This document shows positions 40,447-49,832 of a DNA stretch of 64,000 nt, piece by piece (position 1 is the first letter of the stretch; each line of letters opens with the position of its first letter). The notes under the pieces were generated by a model. That model had not been told where the DNA came from. It made no database searches and worked only from the letters and a program-made list of their open reading frames with translations. The translations under genes were made by a program, and so were the position numbers. The stretch covers positions 101 to 64,100 of the forward strand of contig JAPKZG010000055.1 in the NCBI GenBank assembly GCA_026393895.1. The letters run 5' to 3'. Source of the stretch: Candidatus Aminicenantes bacterium. Lineage in GTDB: Bacteria > Acidobacteriota > Aminicenantia > Aminicenantales > UBA4085.

Positions 40447-41496
40447 TCAATCGACGGTTTTCAGCCCGGCTTTTTTCCGCTCGACCTGTTCCTTGATCCA
40501 GAGGTAGGTTTTTCCCAGGCCGACCTTGAGCGGAATGTGCGGCTCCCAGCCGAGGACTTTTTTGATGAACGTGTTGTCGGAATTCCGGCCGCCGACACCC
40601 TGGGGCGCGGTCAGGTCGTACGTCCGTTTCATCTTGACCCCGGCGATCGATTCGATGATCGAGACGAGTTCGTTGACGCTGACGAGTTCGCTCGTGCCCA
40701 GATTGATGGGCGTCGCGATCAATTCGTCGCAGTGGGTGATCATGTCGATCCCCTTGACGCAGTCGTCGATATACTGGTAGCTCCGCGTTCGAGTGCCGTC
40801 GCCCCAGATCTTGATCTCCCTGGTCCCGTTGTCGATCGCCTGGATGACTTTCCGGCACAGGGCCGCGGGCGCCTTTTCCCGCCCGCCGTCCCATGTTCCC
40901 CAAGGGCCGTAGACGTTGTGGAACCGGGCGATATACGTTTTGAACCGGCGCTCGGCCCAGTATTCCTGGCAGAACATCTCGGAAATGAGTTTTTCCCAGC
41001 CGTAGCCGCGTTCGGACATCGCCGGGTAGGCGTCGGATTCCTTCAGGGCGGTGATCTTGGGATTCTTCTGAAGCTCGGTGTTGTAGACGCAGGCCGAGGA
41101 GGAATAGAAATAACGGGATACCCCGGCCCGCCAGGCCGACTCGATCATGTGGGTGTTGATGAGGACGGACCGCAGGCATTCGATCCGGAACCGCTCGATG
41201 AATCCCATGCCGCCCATGTCGGCGGCGAGCTGGTAGACCTCGTCGACGCCTTCGACGGCCCGGCGGCAATTCTTCTCCTGGCTCAGGTCGAGGCAAAGGC
41301 ACTCGACCCCCGGGACCTTCTGATACCAGTCGGAAAGCGGCTTTTTATCCACGCCCCGGATATTCGTGAATCCCTTGTCCTTGAAGTACCGGCACAACGA
41401 CCCGCCGATGAACCCGCCCGCGCCGGCGACGAGAAGGCGTGTGCTTTTATCGACGGAAACGAGTTTCGCGGTTTTGGGAGTGGGAGACATGATCAA
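40447..41496 (-). CDS. NAD-dependent epimerase, GDP-mannose 3,5-epimerase (GME)-like
   Basis: GAGGFIGG, LAADMGGMGFI (matches the GME motif exactly), YSSSACVY. Confidence 0.75.
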   Translation of the reverse strand: MIMSPTPKTAKLVSVDKSTRLLVAGAGGFIGGSLCRYFKDKGFTNIRGVDKKPLSDWYQKVPGVECLCLDLSQEKNCRRAVEGVDEVYQLAADMGGMGFIERFRIECLRSVLINTHMIESAWRAGVSRYFYSSSACVYNTELQKNPKITALKESDAYPAMSERGYGWEKLISEMFCQEYWAERRFKTYIARFHNVYGPWGTWDGGREKAPAALCRKVIQAIDNGTREIKIWGDGTRTRSYQYIDDCVKGIDMITHCDELIATPINLGTSELVSVNELVSIIESIAGVKMKRTYDLTAPQGVGGRNSDNTFIKKVLGWEPHIPLKVGLGKTYLWIKEQVERKKAGLKTVD

Positions 41497-41636
41497 CCTC
41501 CGGGGATAAAATTGAACGCCCCCAATTTATTCCAAGTCCCCTTTTCCGTCAATACGGACGGGTTCTTGGAGGTTCAGGAGCGGGGTACGCCTTGACCCGG
41601 CGAAGCCGCGGAGCCGTCGCCCCGAATGAGGCAAAA

Positions 41637-42356
41637 TCACTCAAGACGTCTCAGGAAAACGGCCCGGACGCCGTCCATCCAGCGGGTCAGGTCTTCCTTG
41701 GACGCTCCGGACGCGGCGATCGCGGGCTCGATGAAATAGTCGATCCGGCCCGGGCGCAGCAACAAACTTCCTTTGCGCATGATTCGGTACGCGCCGGACT
41801 GGACGATCGGAAGAATGTCCAAGCCTGCTTCGCGGGCCAGGAGGAACCCGCCGCGCTTGAAGGGCCCGAGTTTCCCGTCGAGCGTCCGCGTTCCCTCGGG
41901 AAAAACGATGAACGAAAAATCCTTCCGGGCCCGGATGAATTCCGCCGCCCGGGCGAGGCTGGCCTTTGCTTTCCGGGCATTGACCCGGTCGATCGGGATC
42001 TGGCCGATTCTCCGGATCATCCAGCCGTAGACCGGCCAGCGGAAATGGCCTTCCTCTTCGATGGTCCGGGCGAAGCCCGGAAACCGGGCATAAAAAACAA
42101 GGGGGTCGAGGATGCTGATATGGTTCATCATGAGCAGGTACCGGCGGCCCGGGTCGAAGTTCTCCCGCCCGTGAAGACGGACCCGGACGCCGGCGAAAAA
42201 CAACACCGCGCGACAGCCGGCCTTGATGACCGCTTCGAGTCCGGGGCCGCGATAAAAAAGGGCGACCAGCAGGATCACGAGACAGACGAGGACGAACAAG
42301 GGAAAGGCGATCATCCAGAGGAACACCGATCGGAGGATTTCGAAGGCCCGGATCAT
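41637..42356 (-). CDS. plsC: 1-acyl-sn-glycerol-3-phosphate acyltransferase
   Basis: NHISILD and FPEGTR motifs; start at the internal Met. The N-terminal 141 aa of the ORF-track version are Arg/Pro-rich wrong-frame text. Confidence 0.85.
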   Translation of the reverse strand: MIRAFEILRSVFLWMIAFPLFVLVCLVILLVALFYRGPGLEAVIKAGCRAVLFFAGVRVRLHGRENFDPGRRYLLMMNHISILDPLVFYARFPGFARTIEEEGHFRWPVYGWMIRRIGQIPIDRVNARKAKASLARAAEFIRARKDFSFIVFPEGTRTLDGKLGPFKRGGFLLAREAGLDILPIVQSGAYRIMRKGSLLLRPGRIDYFIEPAIAASGASKEDLTRWMDGVRAVFLRRLE

Positions 42357-43303
42357 CCGAGAATGGTCAGCTCTTGGGGTAAAAGTTTGATCCGGAGGGG
42401 AGTCTTCCCGAGGACTTCCCCGTCGGCCATGACGGAGAGATCCGGAGTTCCGACGACCGCCATTTTCACGCCCTGGATCATTTCCACCTTGGGATGGGCG
42501 GCGTGGGCCCCGGAAAAAACGCCCTTGAATATCCGGATCATCTCCCTCCGGTTGACGTCCCGGAAGACCACCATGTCGGCCTTCCCGTCGGCCGTTTCCG
42601 CGTGGGGCGCGATCTTCATTTTCCCGCCGGTATATTTGGAATTGGAGATGACGAGCGCGCTGTTGGACACGCTCCAGCAGCGGCCGTCGGCTTCGAGGTC
42701 GATCTTGTTGCGCATTCCCCTGGCCAGCCGGATCAGGACGGCCAGGCTGTAGCCGAACGAGTGCAGGAATTTCAGCCACTCGTTGGTCAGTTTCAGAATG
42801 TCGGTGATCAGGCCGACGCCGATTAGGTTCAGGGAGTATCTTCGTTCCGTCCGTCCGTTCAGTTGGTATTCGAATTCGATCAAATCGATTTTCAACCGCC
42901 GGCCGGCCGAGATGCGATGGAGTGCCTCTTCGGGCGTCGTGATCGCGAACTCCCGGAGGAACGAATTCCCCGTTCCCGCCGGAATCATTCCAATCTCGGG
43001 GAGGAACTCCGGCCGGCCCTGGAGATACATCCCGTTGATCACTTCAAAAGGCGTCCCGTCTCCCCCGATGCACAGGATCCTGCCGAATCGTTCGCGGACG
43101 GCCTCCCGCCCGAGTTGAAAGGAGTGACCGGGGAATTCCGAAAACCGGACATCGATCTTCGGGAAGGCCTCACGGAGCGACGACTCCATGCGGGCGAAAA
43201 CCTTCCGCCCTCGTCCCCGGCCGGAGGCCGGGTTGACGATCAACAGAGTCCGGTCATTCCCGTCCATACGCCGTTTTATAGCATGGGCGGGCCGGAAATT
43301 CAA
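42353..43303 (-). CDS. Diacylglycerol-kinase catalytic-domain lipid kinase (YegS/BmrU-like)
   Basis: LLIVNPASGRG...GGDGT motifs. Its stop overlaps the plsC start (ATGA). Confidence 0.8.
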   Translation of the reverse strand: MNFRPAHAIKRRMDGNDRTLLIVNPASGRGRGRKVFARMESSLREAFPKIDVRFSEFPGHSFQLGREAVRERFGRILCIGGDGTPFEVINGMYLQGRPEFLPEIGMIPAGTGNSFLREFAITTPEEALHRISAGRRLKIDLIEFEYQLNGRTERRYSLNLIGVGLITDILKLTNEWLKFLHSFGYSLAVLIRLARGMRNKIDLEADGRCWSVSNSALVISNSKYTGGKMKIAPHAETADGKADMVVFRDVNRREMIRIFKGVFSGAHAAHPKVEMIQGVKMAVVGTPDLSVMADGEVLGKTPLRIKLLPQELTILG

Positions 43304-43489
43304 CGCTTCTGAATCACATGCCGGGGTAGCGTCCTTCCGCGATGCCCGCGATTCGCCGGGAAAGACTAGCCGCGCAAGGCCTTCAGATCACCCCCGACCT
43401 CACCGATCTTGATGATTGCTAAATATAACGCCGCTGGATTATATTAAGAAGCGGAGAGTTGCTGAAAAAGGGCTTCCTATGGATCGGCC

Positions 43490-44035
43490 ATGAATTCGAG
43501 ACGTGAAGGTCCGCCGTATCGGTGCGCCCGGCTTGCCCGGGAGGGCGGGTTCACCCTGCTTGAAGCGCTCGTCGTCCTGGCCATTTTCGGGATCCTGGCC
43601 GTCGTTTCCTACCCGAGCGTCAAGAACGCCTTAGAGATACGGGGCTTCGAAAACGCCGGCCGCGACATCCTGACGACTCTCCAAATGGCCAAGTGGCAGG
43701 CCGTCAACACCAAATACAATCACCGGGTCCGCTTCGCCTCCGACTCGGGGGGGTGGACGTACCGGATTGAAATGGAGAAGCCGGCCGGGACCTGGACTTT
43801 GAAACAGGGACAAACGGTGAAACGAATCTCGACGAATTTCGGGGTCACCCTCACCCTGCCTTCGAACTCGTCCGTGATTTTCGACCCGACCGGATTCGTT
43901 TCGGGTTTCGACAGCACCAAGAACCGGATTTCCCTCTCCTCCTCGCGGCTCGCCTTGTTGGGACAGCCGAACTTTCGCACGATCCGTTTCTATGCCAGCG
44001 GTTCGACGCAATTCATCAAGGGAACAACGGGATAA
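43490..44035 (+). CDS. Type IV minor pilin / pseudopilin (GspH/FimT-like)
   Basis: Prepilin motif G-FTLLEALVVLAIFGIL. Confidence 0.8.
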   Translation: MNSRREGPPYRCARLAREGGFTLLEALVVLAIFGILAVVSYPSVKNALEIRGFENAGRDILTTLQMAKWQAVNTKYNHRVRFASDSGGWTYRIEMEKPAGTWTLKQGQTVKRISTNFGVTLTLPSNSSVIFDPTGFVSGFDSTKNRISLSSSRLALLGQPNFRTIRFYASGSTQFIKGTTG

Positions 44036-44038
44036 ACC

Positions 44039-44494
44039 ATGGTCAAACTCGGACGGCGTCCGGCGGCGAAGAACCCGAAGGGGTTTTCCTTGATCGAGGC
44101 CTTGATCGGGATCTCCATCATCGGGATCGCCATGCTCGGACTGGCCCAGGCGTTTCTCCTCTGCGTGAACAACAACACCCGGGCGGGGGAAATCAGCCAT
44201 GCCACGTTTCTCGCCCAGCAACAACTCGATTATCTCCGGACACTGACGGCGGCGGAATTGAGCACGTTTCCCTCGACGGCGCGGGGTGAGTCCGCGGATC
44301 AAAACCTCGACCCGAACGGCGACGGAACGGTAGATTTCCGGCGGATCACCCAGGTTTCGACCGGGGGAATCGGCTACGCCGTCAAGATTCTCGTGTTCCC
44401 GGCGACGGCCGTCGGGAAAACGGCCACCGCTCTGGTCGCCGCACCGTCCTCCCACCGCGTCCGGGCCGTCCTCAGTTCCATCATAATCCGATGA
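44039..44494 (+). CDS. Type IV minor pilin PilV-like
   Basis: GFSLIEALIGISIIGI prepilin N-terminus. Confidence 0.75.
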   Translation: MVKLGRRPAAKNPKGFSLIEALIGISIIGIAMLGLAQAFLLCVNNNTRAGEISHATFLAQQQLDYLRTLTAAELSTFPSTARGESADQNLDPNGDGTVDFRRITQVSTGGIGYAVKILVFPATAVGKTATALVAAPSSHRVRAVLSSIIIR

Positions 44495-45603
44495 AGGAAA
44501 CTACGTTGAGACATCCGGCCTCCTTCCCGACCCGCGCCCGGGGATTCACCCTGATCGAGCTTCTGATCGGAAGCGCCGTCATGCTCATCGTGGTCGTGGG
44601 GGCGCTTCAGATATATTCCCGAAGCAACAAAATTTCCGCCGATCAACAGCAGTTCATCGAAATCCAGACCGATGTCCGGGCGGCGATGTATTTCCTTTCC
44701 CGGGACGTGCGCATGATCGGGACCGGCCTGACCGAAACCCTGGCGGGGTACGCCCTCGACGGCGTCGATAACGAGTCGACCGGGACGTCGGAAACGCCCG
44801 ACCGGCTGAAAGTTTTGGGGAACATGGAAGACCCCCTGGTCCTGCCTATCCAGAGCTATAATGGATCTTCGATAAAAGTTTCCATGGACGACTATTCCCT
44901 GGAGAAGTTTCCCTATCCGGACGACTTTTATGTCGGAAAGATTGCTCTGGTCGTCCCTAATGGGAGCTCGTCGTGCATCGGCTTGGGCGAAAGGGTCATC
45001 ACGCACGTCACCCACAATACCGACGGGACAAACGAAAGCGTCAATTTTTCCCCCGGCCAGGCTCCGGGGATCAACCTGCCCGGTGGTCTTACGGATATCT
45101 GTTCGAGTGAAGACTTCGTCGGCGGGGCGATCATGTTCAGCGATTTGCGCGAATACTGGCTCGACGTCACGGGAAACGTCTCGGGCCTGACCGCCGGAAC
45201 GAACGGGTATATTGGAGGCGGTCAAGGGGGCGTTCTTTACATGACCCTCAACGGCGTCTATTACCCGATCGCCCAGAACATCGAAACGATCCAGTTTCAA
45301 TACAACGGCGATTTCGACGTGGATTCCCAGGGTCTCCTGGACGGGTTTACGAATTGGAACTCGAGCTGGACGCGGGCCCAGATCGGCCGGATCCGCCAGA
45401 TCCGGATCATGATCCTCGGGCGGACGCCGAATCCCTTTGCCTCCGTCGGCCATAACGCCGGGACTTCGGCCGGTCTTTACGGCCGCCCGGCAGTGGCCAA
45501 CACCGCCGCCGCGACCCCCGATTGGCGGAAGCGCTTTCTTCTGGAATCCACCGCGAATATCCGGAATCTTTCCGTGAACCTCTTCAACACGGGTTTGAGA
45601 TGA
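44491..45603 (+). CDS. Type IV pilus assembly protein PilW-like minor pilin
   Basis: GFTLIELLIGSAVMLIV prepilin N-terminus; 370 aa. Confidence 0.7.
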   Translation: MKETTLRHPASFPTRARGFTLIELLIGSAVMLIVVVGALQIYSRSNKISADQQQFIEIQTDVRAAMYFLSRDVRMIGTGLTETLAGYALDGVDNESTGTSETPDRLKVLGNMEDPLVLPIQSYNGSSIKVSMDDYSLEKFPYPDDFYVGKIALVVPNGSSSCIGLGERVITHVTHNTDGTNESVNFSPGQAPGINLPGGLTDICSSEDFVGGAIMFSDLREYWLDVTGNVSGLTAGTNGYIGGGQGGVLYMTLNGVYYPIAQNIETIQFQYNGDFDVDSQGLLDGFTNWNSSWTRAQIGRIRQIRIMILGRTPNPFASVGHNAGTSAGLYGRPAVANTAAATPDWRKRFLLESTANIRNLSVNLFNTGLR

Positions 45604-46199
45604 ACGTTGTAACGGCGCGAAAAAGGGAACGGGGGGCGGGGCTGTTCATCGTCATCATCCTGGTGGCCGGTCTGGCGGCCCTGGGGGTGTCCCTGCTGAC
45701 GCTGACCTCGATGGGGCCGAAAATGTCGGGCGGGTTGAGGTCCCAGGAAGAGGCCTTCAACGCCGCGGAAGCGGGATTCAACACGGTTCATTCGCTGATC
45801 AAGGGTTATTTCAGCGGCGGAACTTGGTTGAATTTCGACGGCCATTACCTGACCCAGCCGTCCAATATCGCCCTGCCGTTCATCTCCGGAGCGGTCAATC
45901 CCTCCTATTTTCGCCGGATGACGGACGAGGAAATTCTCCTGGCCCTGGATCCCGAAAAAGACGGCACGGCCAATTACGCGCCGCTCCTCGCCTTCCAGCA
46001 GACCTTTGCCACGAACGAAAGCGGCGCGACCGATACCCGACTCGCGTACACGGCGTTTCTCATCAACGACGAAGCGGCCGGCGGCGCCGCCGATCCCAAC
46101 GACGTGCTTCTGGTCGTGATCGGAGTAGTCCGGTCCGGGACGCGAATTCTGGCGTCGACCCGATTGGAGATTGTCCTGCAATATGTCGCCGGGGGATAA
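45600..46199 (+). CDS. PilX-like minor pilin
   Basis: MNVVTARKRERGAGLFIVIILVAGL... PilX_N-like; ATGA overlap with the upstream gene. Confidence 0.65.
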   Translation: MNVVTARKRERGAGLFIVIILVAGLAALGVSLLTLTSMGPKMSGGLRSQEEAFNAAEAGFNTVHSLIKGYFSGGTWLNFDGHYLTQPSNIALPFISGAVNPSYFRRMTDEEILLALDPEKDGTANYAPLLAFQQTFATNESGATDTRLAYTAFLINDEAAGGAADPNDVLLVVIGVVRSGTRILASTRLEIVLQYVAGG

Positions 46200-46205
46200 A
46201 GGATC

Positions 46206-47999
46206 ATGCGATACCCAGTGATCAAAACAGCCTTTGTGGGGACCATCCTCGCCCTTTTCGTTCTGGCCGGCGGTCCGGTCGTCCGGGCCCAGTCGTGCAC
46301 GGAAAACACGGCCTCGGTTTCCGAAACGTTCAGCGACGGGACCAACCTCGACCTTACCGCGAGTTCGGCGAAGTTCTGGTACAACGATGCCTCCAACCCC
46401 CGGGGCATCATGACCATGAACAAAGTCGGGGCGAATTTCATGATCAGCAATCCGACCTATGTTCCCGCCTGGGTCAACGCCTTGACGGCCAACGACTTCG
46501 ATTTGGACGGTTGGCCGGATTATATCGGGACCAGTAGTTCCTACTCCAATGTTTTAGCCTTCGTCAAAAACATGGGAAGTGCCGGCACCGTCGGAACGTT
46601 CAAAATCACCCAATGGATCGACGGATCGGCCGGCGACGCGAGCGGCTGGCCGACCAAGGGCGTAGGCGGGGCGGCGATCGACGGTGAAGGACATAACGGG
46701 ATCACGTCGGGCGATTACGACGGCGACGGCGATTTTGATTTTTTGTGCATCGTCTCGACGACCGCCGGCGCGAACGCGATCAAACGAATTTGGCTTTATG
46801 AGAATAGACTCATCGTCAACGGCGTCAACACCGGCGTCTTGAGTTTTGTCCGGACCGACCTGACCTCGGCTTGGTCGAGCACCTTGAAAGGCATAGCCTG
46901 GACGGCCACGTCGATGGTTTCGATCGACCTCGACGGCGACCTCGATATCGATTTGGTGGTCGGAAATCGCGAAGGGAATGTCTTCAAGATCACGAACACC
47001 GACAACGGTTCGGTCAACGCCCAAACCTTCATCCTCGAAGAATCCCCGATCATCGAAACGGGTTGGGGCCCCCTCGGCGTCAATACGATTTCTATAGCCG
47101 AATTCGACGAAACTCCGGGATTGGATATTATCACAGGAAGCGCCAGCACTGCTGATCTGCATTATTATCAAGGGGATGGACAGGGTCATTATGAACTCAC
47201 GGCCGAGTTCACCGATACCGATGGGGGGATCCACGACAACATGTACGACGGCGCGGCCACCGTCAGCTTGGTCGCCGACTTCGACCGCGACGGGGATCAG
47301 GACCTCATCGTCGGGACGGACAACTGGAACTACCCCTCCAGCGGCAGCGGTTACGGCGGCAAGTGTTATTACTTTAAAAACGACGGAACCGGCAATTTCG
47401 TCGTCACGCTGATATTCGACGGGCCGACCAAGTCCCCCGCGGTGGCCGATTTCGACATCGGGGCGGTGTTGGACTTCGACAATGACGGCGATCTCGATTT
47501 TTTTATCGCCGACGGCAACGACAGCGAATACTATTATATCTTCGTCAACTCGCTCGCCGACGTCTTCAATCTCTCCGGAATAGGCCTATCGACGAATCTG
47601 ACGCCGGCCTTGTTGGGCGCTCAGTATGCCATCACCCGAGCCCGGCTGACGGGGATCGACCAAACCGTGATCGGATCCTCGTCGACCGGACTTAAGGCTG
47701 CTTATTATCTGTCGAACGACGACGGAAAAAGTTGGGAATATTACGCCGAATACACGGGTTCCGGCATCACCAACGTCGTCAACCAACCCTGGCATGATTT
47801 CCACACCTTCGGATCCAAACTGCGCTGGAAGGCATGCTGTCCGCCACCGACGACGAGATCGCCGGATTCGATCAAGCCTCCTACGAAACGCCGTCCGTGG
47901 ATGCGATCCGGATCGAGTACGTCTATGTCGAGCGCCGGGAATATTCGCGGTCTTCGGCCGCGGCCGCGGCCATCATCTCGGGAACGCGGCGGAAGCTGA
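46206..47999 (+). CDS. PilY1-like adhesin, N-terminal segment with about five FG-GAP/Ca-binding repeats; the last ~55 codons of this ORF are out of frame
   Basis: Signal peptide; repeated DxDGDGxxD...VG blades. Sensible translation ends near 47820 and continues in the next ORF in frame -1. Confidence 0.6.
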   Translation: MRYPVIKTAFVGTILALFVLAGGPVVRAQSCTENTASVSETFSDGTNLDLTASSAKFWYNDASNPRGIMTMNKVGANFMISNPTYVPAWVNALTANDFDLDGWPDYIGTSSSYSNVLAFVKNMGSAGTVGTFKITQWIDGSAGDASGWPTKGVGGAAIDGEGHNGITSGDYDGDGDFDFLCIVSTTAGANAIKRIWLYENRLIVNGVNTGVLSFVRTDLTSAWSSTLKGIAWTATSMVSIDLDGDLDIDLVVGNREGNVFKITNTDNGSVNAQTFILEESPIIETGWGPLGVNTISIAEFDETPGLDIITGSASTADLHYYQGDGQGHYELTAEFTDTDGGIHDNMYDGAATVSLVADFDRDGDQDLIVGTDNWNYPSSGSGYGGKCYYFKNDGTGNFVVTLIFDGPTKSPAVADFDIGAVLDFDNDGDLDFFIADGNDSEYYYIFVNSLADVFNLSGIGLSTNLTPALLGAQYAITRARLTGIDQTVIGSSSTGLKAAYYLSNDDGKSWEYYAEYTGSGITNVVNQPWHDFHTFGSKLRWKACCPPPTTRSPDSIKPPTKRRPWMRSGSSTSMSSAGNIRGLRPRPRPSSRERGGS

Positions 48000-49771
48000 T
48001 CATCTCGGCCTCGTTCATGTTCCCGGGGTACGAAGGCCAGCTCCGGGCGTACGACGTTACCGGCATCGCTCTGGCGAGCACGGGCGGATCGACGATTCAG
48101 ACGATCTCCACGGCCGATCCCCTCAGCCCGACGGGGCGCAACGTGACGGCCGGGGGCTCCATCCTCTGGGATGCCGGGCAGTTGCTGGCCTCGCGAAGCC
48201 AAAGCAACCGAACGATCTACGCGGGGTATCGGGCCAACAGCACCTCGCCCTATCAAAGGGTCGACTTTACCGAAGCCAACGTCAACACCCTCAAAACGCT
48301 CCTGAACGACTCGAACGGCGACAACGCAGGCCTGATCCGTTTCATCCGCGGGGAAAACCGCACCTGGAAACTGGGGGACATCCTCCATTCCAGCCCGGTC
48401 CTGATGGGCCCGCCCTCCGGGGATTCCACGGCTTTGGGGTCCTCCTATGCCGCGTTCGTGACCGCCAACGCCGGCCGGACACCCGTCATTTTCGTCGGGG
48501 CCAACGACGGCATGCTCCATTGTTTTGACCTGAGCACCGGCGCGGAACTTTGGGGCTTCATCCCGTACAATCTTCTGCCCAAGATCAAGAACATGTCCGC
48601 CTGGGACAGCGCGGCGCACGTTCGGTATTACGCTCATGATTATTTCGTCGACGGGACGCCGACCGTGGGCGACGTTTATTTCGGAGGGAACTGGCGGACC
48701 GTCCTGATGTGCGGCCAGGGCGCGGGGAAAGGCAGCACGGTCGCGGGCGGATTGAACTACTATTTCGCCCTCGACGTTACCGACCCGACGAACCCCCTGG
48801 TTCTGTGGGAAGCGAAGGACTCCACTACGATGGGCGAAACCTGGTCGGTTCCGGCCTTCGGCCAGGTCCTTTCGAGTTCGACATACTATTGGGTCGCTTT
48901 CGTGGGTTCGGGGTACGACAACGACACGACCCGGACGGTCGGGAATCGTTTCTATATCATCCGCCTGGATACCGGAGCGATTCTCAAGACGCTCACGGTT
49001 ACTACGGACGTCAACACGAGCCTGAGCAGCAAGTGTCCGCACCCGTATACGAACATCCAGGTCACGGTCCCCGGCTCCCCGGCCGCGGTCGACACTAACC
49101 GGGACGGGCGGACGGAATATGTTTATTTCGGCGACCTGGACGGCCGCTTTTATCGGCTGCCCCTGACGAGCTCGAATACGAGCAATTGGACACTGCAGAC
49201 GATCTACACCGACCGGGTGTATTATCCGATTATCACGAAGCCCGCGATTTATCCCGATCCCTCATCGGGCGGTCTCCCCCTGGGAATTTCCTTCGGAACG
49301 GGCGGCGACGACAACGCCCCGGCTGACCGTTCGTACGCCTTCATCGCCATGAAGGACACGGGATCCTCGGCGTCCGTGGAGTGGTACCTCGGAAACGCCG
49401 TGGAAAATCTGGTCCGATCCCGTTATTTCAGACAAAATCGTCTATTTCAGCTCCTTGATGGGGAGCATCGAAAACGTCAACCCCTGCCTGAACCTCGCTC
49501 AACAAGGCCGGCTGTATGCCCGTTTCGTCCAGACGGTGGCCGGGAGCGTCATCGGCTCCTCAGCCCTCAAATCGGCGAGCGGGTCTGCGATCGAAAGCCT
49601 CCAGTTGGCCAGCAAAGCCCGGAAAGCCGTCACGGTCGGGGAACTTCAATCCGGCGGCGGGTCCTCGTCCAAGAAAGAAGTCTACATCCAGGAATACGAT
49701 TCCACGATCGAACGGCTGGAACAGCCGGTCGGCTCGTCTCTGCGGGTTGTCTCCTGGCGCGAAATTTATAA
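47834..49771 (+). CDS. PilY1-like adhesin, C-terminal beta-propeller domain (continues in a third frame at 49353..49784)
   Basis: GMLHCFDLSTGAELWGFIP and related PilY1/PilC C-domain motifs; no own signal peptide. The tail after ~49405 is wrong-frame; the protein-like continuation ...IWSDPVISDKIVYFSSLMGSIENVNPC...VVSWREIYKIIR is in frame 0. Confidence 0.65.
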   Translation: MLSATDDEIAGFDQASYETPSVDAIRIEYVYVERREYSRSSAAAAAIISGTRRKLIISASFMFPGYEGQLRAYDVTGIALASTGGSTIQTISTADPLSPTGRNVTAGGSILWDAGQLLASRSQSNRTIYAGYRANSTSPYQRVDFTEANVNTLKTLLNDSNGDNAGLIRFIRGENRTWKLGDILHSSPVLMGPPSGDSTALGSSYAAFVTANAGRTPVIFVGANDGMLHCFDLSTGAELWGFIPYNLLPKIKNMSAWDSAAHVRYYAHDYFVDGTPTVGDVYFGGNWRTVLMCGQGAGKGSTVAGGLNYYFALDVTDPTNPLVLWEAKDSTTMGETWSVPAFGQVLSSSTYYWVAFVGSGYDNDTTRTVGNRFYIIRLDTGAILKTLTVTTDVNTSLSSKCPHPYTNIQVTVPGSPAAVDTNRDGRTEYVYFGDLDGRFYRLPLTSSNTSNWTLQTIYTDRVYYPIITKPAIYPDPSSGGLPLGISFGTGGDDNAPADRSYAFIAMKDTGSSASVEWYLGNAVENLVRSRYFRQNRLFQLLDGEHRKRQPLPEPRSTRPAVCPFRPDGGRERHRLLSPQIGERVCDRKPPVGQQSPESRHGRGTSIRRRVLVQERSLHPGIRFHDRTAGTAGRLVSAGCLLARNL

Positions 49772-49832
49772 GATCATCCGTTAGAAGGGGACGTCTCCTC
49801 GGATCGGAAGGAAGGCCTGAGCCCTTCCCGCG

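Noticed and set aside
40375-43312. Plus-strand ORFs over the GME, plsC and DAGK genes
   Set aside because: Antisense artefacts.
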